From Clostridia bacterium (GTDB lineage: Bacteria > Bacillota > Clostridia > Oscillospirales > CAG-272), in NCBI GenBank assembly GCA_017935065.1, contig JAGBIF010000012.1:623-64622 (forward strand): DNA of 64,000 bases. The letters run 5' to 3'. Position 1 is the first letter of the stretch; every line of letters starts with the position of its first letter. Below are positions 37,204 through 45,429 of the stretch, piece after piece. The notes beneath the pieces were generated by a model, which was given only the letters and a program-made list of their open reading frames with translations, ran no database searches and was not told the origin of the DNA. Both the position numbers and the translations under genes were made by a program.

Positions 37204-39795
37204 ATGCACAGAAAAAACATTATCAAGAAATTTTTACTGCTTTTACTGCTTACCGCCCTCTCGCTGACGGCGCTTACCGCCTGCTTCGGTGATAACGACG
37301 AGCCTGAGGACACCGATAAGATAGCGCTCATCAAGGGCGGCAAGGCACGCTTCAAGGTGGTATATTCGTCCGCGGCGGGCGCCTCGATCAGACGTGCCGC
37401 AAACGATCTCGTCGAGGAGCTTTCCGACCTCGGCGTGGATATAGGGGACGCGGTCAGCGACAGCGACTCTACCGAGGTTACCGATTGCGAGCTTATTCTC
37501 GGCGCGGGTGTCAGGAACCGCACAGAGGACTGCGCCGTAAGCGCGGAGGAGCTCGGCCCCGAGGGCTACGTCATCAAGGCGGTCGGCAAGAGAATAGTTA
37601 TAGCGGGCGGAAGCGCCGAGGCTACTCTCGTTGCGCTTAAAATTTTCAAGGAGAGGCAGCTCGGCATCACCGAGGACACCGTGGAGCTTTCCGACGTGTC
37701 GGTAAGAAGCGATCTTCTTGACGAGAAAATAGTCCCCGTCACCGTTACGGTGCCCAATATAAATGGCACACCTCTTGAGGAGTTCAGGATAGTTACCGAT
37801 TACGGCACCGAGCAGAGAATAAAGGAGCTTTGTCCGAGCCCCGCTAAGCTCGCGCAGGCTATAAAGAGCGCTGTTAATACCGAGCTTGAGGTATCGAACG
37901 GTAAGGCCACCGATGACGGACACGAGATAATTATCCGTCTTGCTGACGAGGCGGGAGATAAGGGCTTCAGAGCCTACGCAAACGGCAAAGATCTCATTAT
38001 AGAATGCGCCTATTACAACCTCTTTGAGAAGGCGTTTGATGCCTTCGTTGCAAGTGAGATAAGCACGAATGACGGCATTTTGGTCTTTGATAAGGATTAT
38101 CTCTTTGAATACGAGGTATCTACTGTAAAATACGGCGACTTCGGTGCCAAGGGCGACGGCAAAACCAACGACTACGCGGCTATTCTTAAGACACACGAGT
38201 TTGCCAATCAGTGCGGACAGAAGGTCCTTGCGGATAAGGGGAAAAGCTATTACATAGGTCTTACGGGAGGAAATCCCATCAGAATATACACCGACGTCGA
38301 CTGGGGTGACGCTACCTTTATTATTGACGATACCGTAGCGGGCGTATTTGCCGAGCGCGCTCAACCCATCTTTTACATAAAGAGGGAAAAGGAAAACGAG
38401 CAGTTTACCTTCACCGTCGATGAGATAAAGCAGCTCGCGGGCACGCAGAATCCTCAGGTGCTACGCACCTACGATCAAAGCGGTAAGCTTATCTCGGGAA
38501 AAATTCCGTGGCTTGCGCCGAGGCTTACCTCTGACGCTATGATCATCATTAAAAACGAGAACCACAAGGACTATATAAGATTTGGAGCCAACAATGATAA
38601 GGGGCAGGTTCGGGCTGAGATCGTTTTGGTTGACAGATACGGAAATATCGATCCTACCACGCCCATAAGCTTTGATTATGAAGAGATAACAAATCTTTCT
38701 ATAATTCACACCGACGATGCGCCTATTACCGTTGAGGGCGGACGCTTCTACAATATCTGCTGCAAAGTAGGCGCCGAAACCAACTACAAGAACACCTACG
38801 ACTCCTTCTTCAGGGGAATTCTTATCGAGAGAAGCAACACGACCGTTAAGAATATTGACCACAAGATGAAAAACGAGCCCAAGCGCCTAGTTGGAGGAGT
38901 GGATAATCTCAACCAAAGCTATCCCTACGTCGGCTTTATAAAGCATCTGAAAACCGTCAATTCCAAGATTATATCCTGCGACCTTACGGGTCACAAGGTC
39001 TACTACCAGGATAAATCGGGCGCAACGGGTGCAAGCGGCGTTGCTATGGGCACCTACGATCTTGTGGTGCAGTACAGCATCAACTCGTATCTAGAGGGTA
39101 TAACCCAGAGCGCTGTTCCTATTCACGATAACGCATATTGGGGCATGATGGTATCAAACTTCTCGCGCAATATGACCTTCAAATCCTGCTCGATGTCGCG
39201 CTTTGACGCGCACTGCGGCTTCTGGAACGCCGACCTTATCGACTGTGAATTCGGTCTGTGCATAAACGTCATAGGCGGTGGCACTCTCAACATTATAGGA
39301 ACCAAAAGATACGCGGGAGATGAGTTTATATCGCTAAGAGGCGACTACGGAGCAACCTTCGAGGGCGATATGATTATCAAGGATTGCACCTACTACGCGA
39401 CGGCGGAGTACAATACCGAGAAGGGCAGTACGTACGATCAGAACTCGCGCCTTGCGAAGGCGTACATCATCGGCTCGGGCGTAACCAACGGCTCGTACGG
39501 CGTAGGCACCAAGTACGAGGCAAGCTACTACACCTGGGACTTCGGCTACAAGTGCTATATGCCTCAGGTCATAACCGTTGACAATCTTACCTCATACGCT
39601 CAAAGCCTTGCCGTGTTCAACGATATTGACGATAAGCACTTTATCAAGCAGAGCGCGGATGACGGCATCTACGAGCCGACGAAAAAAATAATCTTCAAGA
39701 ATATGACCGATGCCGAGATTGCCGCTATTCCCAACTGCTTCAACCCATCAACCTACACCAGGGTTGCGTCGATCACACGCGAAAACGTAAAATAG
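37204..39795 (+). CDS. Large surface lipoprotein, paralog 2 of 5 (closest to paralog 1)
   Basis: LTAC lipobox; same motif series; long blocks identical to paralog 1 at DNA level. Confidence 0.75.
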   Translation: MHRKNIIKKFLLLLLLTALSLTALTACFGDNDEPEDTDKIALIKGGKARFKVVYSSAAGASIRRAANDLVEELSDLGVDIGDAVSDSDSTEVTDCELILGAGVRNRTEDCAVSAEELGPEGYVIKAVGKRIVIAGGSAEATLVALKIFKERQLGITEDTVELSDVSVRSDLLDEKIVPVTVTVPNINGTPLEEFRIVTDYGTEQRIKELCPSPAKLAQAIKSAVNTELEVSNGKATDDGHEIIIRLADEAGDKGFRAYANGKDLIIECAYYNLFEKAFDAFVASEISTNDGILVFDKDYLFEYEVSTVKYGDFGAKGDGKTNDYAAILKTHEFANQCGQKVLADKGKSYYIGLTGGNPIRIYTDVDWGDATFIIDDTVAGVFAERAQPIFYIKREKENEQFTFTVDEIKQLAGTQNPQVLRTYDQSGKLISGKIPWLAPRLTSDAMIIIKNENHKDYIRFGANNDKGQVRAEIVLVDRYGNIDPTTPISFDYEEITNLSIIHTDDAPITVEGGRFYNICCKVGAETNYKNTYDSFFRGILIERSNTTVKNIDHKMKNEPKRLVGGVDNLNQSYPYVGFIKHLKTVNSKIISCDLTGHKVYYQDKSGATGASGVAMGTYDLVVQYSINSYLEGITQSAVPIHDNAYWGMMVSNFSRNMTFKSCSMSRFDAHCGFWNADLIDCEFGLCINVIGGGTLNIIGTKRYAGDEFISLRGDYGATFEGDMIIKDCTYYATAEYNTEKGSTYDQNSRLAKAYIIGSGVTNGSYGVGTKYEASYYTWDFGYKCYMPQVITVDNLTSYAQSLAVFNDIDDKHFIKQSADDGIYEPTKKIIFKNMTDAEIAAIPNCFNPSTYTRVASITRENVK

Positions 39796-39840
39796 TGCGG
39801 TGACATACCCGACTGATACTATATTTCAGAGGAAAATAAT

Positions 39841-42687
39841 ATGCAGAACATAAAAAGAATACTTCTACTTCTTCTTATCGCCGCACTTGCCGTATTCGCG
39901 GTGGCAGGTCTTACCGCCTGCAACGGTGACGAGCCCGACGACGGACCCGACGAGCCCGCTTATCCCGAGGATGAGCTTCCGCTTGAGGGACTTATCCTTA
40001 TCAGAAAAAATATCGCGCAGTTCAAGGTTGTCATAGCATCTGGCGCGGGAGGCGAGGGAAGGCGCGCGGCAGGTGAGCTTGTCGAGCTTCTCGGAGACAC
40101 CCTCGGTGTTGAGATATCCGACACGGTTGAGGATAAGGATGCCTCGGCAATCAGCGACTGCGAGATAATTATAGGCACGGGCTGTAAGAACCGTCCCGAC
40201 GGGTGCAACGTCTCGCAAGACGAGCTCGGCCCCGATGGCTACGTCATTAAGGCGGTCGGCAACAGAATAGTTATCGCGGGCGGTACCGCAGCGCTTACGA
40301 GAAGTGCCGTGAGTAGGTTTATAAGCGATGAGCTTGGCGTTACTGACGATACCAAATCGCTTCGCAATGTTGCGGTAAGCCCGAAACTCAAGGTTGAGGT
40401 GCTCACCGAGTACGCGATCGATTCGCTTAAGATTGGCACTACCGATATATCAAAGTTCGTTCTTGCCTGCGATATGAACGACTTTGAGGTATTCCCCGAC
40501 AGAATTACCTCGCTTCAGAGCGTAATAAAAACCTACACAGGCGAGAGGCTTTCGATAGTTGACCTCAAGGACTGTGCAGCCACACAGAGAAAGATAGTGA
40601 TGCGCTCGCTGCCCTTTGACGTGGATAAGGACGGCAACCGCACCTACAAGGACGGCTTCTACGCATACGTGAAGGATGGTGACCTCTTTATTGAGTGTGA
40701 GTATAAGAACGCCTTTGACGATTGCGTTGACGAGCTTCTCAAGACCTACATCACCTCAAAGAGGGGCAACGTCACCATCCCTGCCACGCTCAATATTTCA
40801 AAGCACGTAAGCACGGTATCCTACTGTAAGTTCGGCGGTGCTGTGGGCGACGGCAAGACCAACGATTTCCTTGCTATGCTCAAAACGCACGAGTACGCAA
40901 ACCTCGGCGGACAGAAGGTAATTGCCGATGAGGGAAAGACCTTCTATATCAGCACCACCTACCGTACGGTTGACGGAGTATCCACGGCGATGGAAATTCC
41001 CGTTATGACCGACTGTGACTTCGGTACTCAGACGCACGCGTCGGGCTATGTCGACAAATTCAGCGGCCTTGCCTCGGACGACCCCAAGCTTTACCGCGAT
41101 ACACCTAACTTTATTATTGATGACAGAGGCGAGGATATCTACCCCATAAGCGGACTTGCGATATTCAAGTTCTGCCGCGATAACAGTGGCTTCGGCATCG
41201 GCAGGACTAAATTTGAGGAGTCGGGCTTCGTTGCCGAGCTGATTACCGAGGGCGAGGGCGACAGCCTCACCGAAAGATACGTCTATGTAAGGGCCGACGG
41301 AAAGAGCATGGTTGAAAAGGGCGCGACGAAAATCGAGTGGCTGGCACCCTATCTTACCGAAAAATCAATGGTTATTCTTTACGATTCCGAGCACAGGGAT
41401 TACGTAAGATACGGTGCAAACCAGAACACAGGCGCGGTAAGACGCGACTTCGTCATTCTTGACGAGGAGGGCAACGTCGATCCCACTACCCCTGTGATAT
41501 TTGAGTTCAAGCGTGTTTCGGGCGTAAACGTTATGCCAATATCGGATGCTCCTATTACGGTAAGCGGCGGTTATTTCGAAACCATCGCGAACAAGGCTCA
41601 TAAGGAGATAACTCACTGGCTCAACGGCAAAGAGGTTACCTATACCGATTACAGAAACGTATACCACGAATACAGGCGCGGCTTTAAGATCGAGCGCTCG
41701 AATATGACCATCACCAACGTAAGACACAAGATGCAGAAGGGCAGTGAGGTCGCAAGCTACAATAAGAGTGCGGGCGAGTACAAGACCAAGGGCTGCGGCT
41801 ATCCCTACTACGGCTTCCTTTTCTTCAATACCGCGCACAACGTGAACGTTATTGACTGTGACCTTACGGGACATATGGTTTACTACGAGGATAAGTCACA
41901 GTTTGATAACAGCACGGGCACCGCGTCCGACAGCGTTCCTATGGGAACCTACGATTTCGTTATCGAGTATTCAAACGATATCGTCTTTAACGGTGTTGAG
42001 ATGCGAGGCACGGATATCGCCGACAGCTCATATTGGGGAATAATGTCCTCAAACGGCTCAAAGAACCTTGAGTTTACGGGCTGTAAGCTGTCGAGAATAG
42101 ACGCGCACCGCGGCTTCTGGAATATGAGGATAGACAATACCATCATAGGTCATACTCTGAATATCGTCGGCGGCGGTAAGCTTGAGATAACCAATACCCA
42201 GAGAAGAACGGGATCAAGCTTTATGTCACTCAGAGGCGACTACGGAGCTACCTTCGAGGGCGAGATGATTTTAAGAAACTGCCTGCTTGACGCGATAGCG
42301 GCGTTCAGGACACAGGAGGGCGGTGTCAGAAACGACAGCAAGAGAAGCGAGACAGGCTATATTATCAATTCGGGCTTCAACTCGGGTACGGCAAGCTACC
42401 TTGCGTGGGACTTCGGCTATACCTGCTATATGCCAAAGACCGTAACTATCGAGAACTTCGTTTCGAAGGCAGGCACCACGTATGTCTTTAATAAGCTCGT
42501 TGACGGAGCCTTCAACGCCTCAAACAAGACGCAGTATCAGATAACCGAGAAGATAAATTATATCACCAACAGCACAGCAAAGCCGACCTTCAGCGGTACC
42601 TATACTACCAACAAAACGAGGTATCCTATCGCGCCGTCGGGAGCTAATAAGCTTAACGCGATAAAGTATACCGAAACCTCAAAATAA
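39841..42687 (+). CDS. Large surface lipoprotein, paralog 3 of 5
   Basis: LTAC lipobox; FGGAVGDGKTND, YVRYGAN, MGTYD, YWGIMSSN, SRIDAH, LRGDYG, WDFGYTCY. Confidence 0.75.
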   Translation: MQNIKRILLLLLIAALAVFAVAGLTACNGDEPDDGPDEPAYPEDELPLEGLILIRKNIAQFKVVIASGAGGEGRRAAGELVELLGDTLGVEISDTVEDKDASAISDCEIIIGTGCKNRPDGCNVSQDELGPDGYVIKAVGNRIVIAGGTAALTRSAVSRFISDELGVTDDTKSLRNVAVSPKLKVEVLTEYAIDSLKIGTTDISKFVLACDMNDFEVFPDRITSLQSVIKTYTGERLSIVDLKDCAATQRKIVMRSLPFDVDKDGNRTYKDGFYAYVKDGDLFIECEYKNAFDDCVDELLKTYITSKRGNVTIPATLNISKHVSTVSYCKFGGAVGDGKTNDFLAMLKTHEYANLGGQKVIADEGKTFYISTTYRTVDGVSTAMEIPVMTDCDFGTQTHASGYVDKFSGLASDDPKLYRDTPNFIIDDRGEDIYPISGLAIFKFCRDNSGFGIGRTKFEESGFVAELITEGEGDSLTERYVYVRADGKSMVEKGATKIEWLAPYLTEKSMVILYDSEHRDYVRYGANQNTGAVRRDFVILDEEGNVDPTTPVIFEFKRVSGVNVMPISDAPITVSGGYFETIANKAHKEITHWLNGKEVTYTDYRNVYHEYRRGFKIERSNMTITNVRHKMQKGSEVASYNKSAGEYKTKGCGYPYYGFLFFNTAHNVNVIDCDLTGHMVYYEDKSQFDNSTGTASDSVPMGTYDFVIEYSNDIVFNGVEMRGTDIADSSYWGIMSSNGSKNLEFTGCKLSRIDAHRGFWNMRIDNTIIGHTLNIVGGGKLEITNTQRRTGSSFMSLRGDYGATFEGEMILRNCLLDAIAAFRTQEGGVRNDSKRSETGYIINSGFNSGTASYLAWDFGYTCYMPKTVTIENFVSKAGTTYVFNKLVDGAFNASNKTQYQITEKINYITNSTAKPTFSGTYTTNKTRYPIAPSGANKLNAIKYTETSK

Positions 42688-42699
42688 GAGACAGGAATA

Positions 42700-45354
42700 A
42701 TGGATAAAACAAAGCTTTCTATAATTGCCGTCATCGCGCTCGTGCTTATCGCGGCCGTGGTGATAGTGGCACTTAATTTTGATACTGTAAAAGGGCTTTT
42801 CGGCAGTGGCAAGCCTGACGGTGAGCCAAGCGAGTTCCCCGAGGATGATGAGCCGCTTGACGGGCTTATACTCATTCGCAAAAATGAGGCTAAGTTTAAT
42901 ATTATAACCGCAAGCGGAGCAGGCTCGGCAGGCATACGCGCCGCAAACGAGCTGTATAGCAGGCTCGCCGCGCTCGGTATTGACGTAAACGCACCGATAC
43001 CCGACGTTGATACCGAGTCGGTCTGGCATTGCGAGATAATAATAGGCTCGGAATGTCAGAACAGGGGTGATGAGTGCTTGGTTGACGTGCGAGAGCTCGG
43101 CTACAAGGGCTACTGCATCAAGGCAGTCGGGGAGCGCGTTATAATCGTGGGAGGCTCGCCCGCAAAGACACGCGAGGCAGTCGAGATATTCACCGAGAAA
43201 TATCTCGGCATCACCGACACCACCAAGTCTCTTCGCAATAAGGCGGTATCCCAGACACTCAACGAGACGGTGCTTACCGACTACGATATTGACACCCTTT
43301 CAATAGGCGGGCAGGATATCGCACAGTATACCGTAGTGTGCGACACGTCCGACACCGCGATATATCCCAACCTGACTGCAACCTTTGCCGAGTCGGTCTC
43401 GATGCTTACGGGTAAATATCTTGAGGTGGTTGACCAAAGTAAGGCAGATGCGCTTACTCACAGAATAATATTTAGAATGCTTCCCCTCTCGTTTGACGCA
43501 GAGGGCAAAAGAACCTATGCCGACGGCTTTTACGTTAGAGTAGAGGGCAATGACCTCATATTTGAGTGCGAGTACGAAAACGCCTTCGTCAAATTATATG
43601 ACGAGTTTATGGAGGAGTACGTTCTTACGAAAACGGGAAGCGTTGATATTCCTCAGGGCCTTAACATATCGAAGTGCGCGAGCATCGTAAAATACAGCGA
43701 CTTCGGCGCCTTCGGAGATGACGATAAGGACGATTTTTCCTATATTCTCGAGGCTCACGAGTACGCCAACCTCGGCAGACAGAAGGTGGTTGCCGACGGT
43801 GAGGTGTACCGCATAGGAATGGGCGGCTCGCAGATACCCATTATGACCGACGTTGATTGGAAGGCGGCGCGCTTTATCATCGACGATAACGCAAAGGGCG
43901 TTAACCGAAGAAAGCATATATTCATTCTCAAGCGTGAGAATCCCATGCAGACCTACATCTCTCTAAACTTTGAGGATGACGGAGTTACCGATCTCTCGCT
44001 GAAGAAGGGTGAGTCCGACTCTATCCCCTGGCTTGATAAGTATCTCGATTACGATTCGCTCGTTGTTATACAGAGCAACCACGCCGATTACGTAAGATAC
44101 GGAGCAAACGGAAACCTCGGACGTCCGAGAACCGACGTTCTGCATATGGATAAGGATGCGAAGCTGGACCCCAAAACACCCGTTACCAACGATTATGACA
44201 TCGTGGCTCAGGTTCAGGTATTCAGAGTTGACGATACGCCCATCACCGTAAGCGGCGGATTTTTTGAGAATATCTGCGCGCGCTCGGGCTGTGAGCATAA
44301 CGACGAATGGGAATGCTATAAGGGACGTAAAAATCCCGATGGTGTTTACGAGAAATATTGCAGGTCAAACGTATATACCTCGGTCTCGCGCGGAATCCGT
44401 ATCGAAAGACCTAACGCAACCCTTATGAATATCGACCATAAGGTGGTTGACGAGCCTGAGGACGGAAGCTATCCCTACTACGGATTTCTGCTTTTCTACA
44501 ACGCGCACAACGTAACGGTCAAGGACTGCAACCTCACAGGACATAAATACTACGTGGAATACAAGACCAACGATTACGGCGATATCAACTGGGTGCCTAT
44601 GGGTACTTACGATTTCGTCTGCGAGTATTCAAACGAGCTTTACTTTGACGGTGTAACTCAGGAAAACGGCAGAAATGACATAGGAGACTCGGGATATTGG
44701 GGAATAATGTCCTCAAACGGCTCAAAAAACCTTCATTTCACCGACTGTATAATTTCAAGAATAGACGCGCATTGCGGCTTCTGGAATATGACGGTTGATA
44801 ATACCATTATAGGTCACACCTTCAACGTTATCGGAGGCGGAACCCTCGAGGTCAGGAATACGCAGAGAAGAGTAGGAAACAGCTTTATCTCGCTAAGAGG
44901 CGACTACGGAGCTACCTTCGAGGGCGACCTTATTATCGAGAACTGCCTTCTCGACGGTATAGTCGCGTACGATACGTCGTGGGGCGGAGCCAAGGGCAGA
45001 CCGTCCTCAAGGTACGGCGATGGCTATATCGTCGAATCGGGCTTTTTGACCTCAACTAAATATATGAATTGGGATTTCGGCTACACCTGCTATCTTCCTA
45101 TAACGGTGACGGTGACCAATTTCCAGAGCAATATCTCAAATCTTTACGTCTATAACGGCTTAAACAATAAGGCGTTTGACGCAAGCTATCCAAACCAGTA
45201 TCAGATAACCAAAAAAATTACCGTAATTCGCGACAATACAAAGACGCTGCCCGCCTTTATAAAGGCAGGTAGTATCAGAACAAGCATCACCGTAGCCCCT
45301 TCGGGAGCCTCGAGGCTTAACTCAATTCCCTACGAGACAAAGACGGTGAACTGA
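42700..45354 (+). CDS. Large surface protein, paralog 4 of 5, N-terminal membrane anchor without lipobox
   Basis: Hydrophobic N-terminus with no Cys; YSDFGAFGD, YVRYGAN, MGTYD, YWGIMSSN, SRIDAH, LRGDYG. Confidence 0.75.
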   Translation: MDKTKLSIIAVIALVLIAAVVIVALNFDTVKGLFGSGKPDGEPSEFPEDDEPLDGLILIRKNEAKFNIITASGAGSAGIRAANELYSRLAALGIDVNAPIPDVDTESVWHCEIIIGSECQNRGDECLVDVRELGYKGYCIKAVGERVIIVGGSPAKTREAVEIFTEKYLGITDTTKSLRNKAVSQTLNETVLTDYDIDTLSIGGQDIAQYTVVCDTSDTAIYPNLTATFAESVSMLTGKYLEVVDQSKADALTHRIIFRMLPLSFDAEGKRTYADGFYVRVEGNDLIFECEYENAFVKLYDEFMEEYVLTKTGSVDIPQGLNISKCASIVKYSDFGAFGDDDKDDFSYILEAHEYANLGRQKVVADGEVYRIGMGGSQIPIMTDVDWKAARFIIDDNAKGVNRRKHIFILKRENPMQTYISLNFEDDGVTDLSLKKGESDSIPWLDKYLDYDSLVVIQSNHADYVRYGANGNLGRPRTDVLHMDKDAKLDPKTPVTNDYDIVAQVQVFRVDDTPITVSGGFFENICARSGCEHNDEWECYKGRKNPDGVYEKYCRSNVYTSVSRGIRIERPNATLMNIDHKVVDEPEDGSYPYYGFLLFYNAHNVTVKDCNLTGHKYYVEYKTNDYGDINWVPMGTYDFVCEYSNELYFDGVTQENGRNDIGDSGYWGIMSSNGSKNLHFTDCIISRIDAHCGFWNMTVDNTIIGHTFNVIGGGTLEVRNTQRRVGNSFISLRGDYGATFEGDLIIENCLLDGIVAYDTSWGGAKGRPSSRYGDGYIVESGFLTSTKYMNWDFGYTCYLPITVTVTNFQSNISNLYVYNGLNNKAFDASYPNQYQITKKITVIRDNTKTLPAFIKAGSIRTSITVAPSGASRLNSIPYETKTVN

Positions 45355-45429
45355 TTAAAGAGAGATACAATACAAAAAACGCATATACCCTATGATTTGT
45401 AAAATACAATTTACATTACGAGGTGTTTT

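Noticed and set aside
37243-38364. 373-aa minus-strand ORF
   Set aside because: Antisense shadow of array paralog 2.
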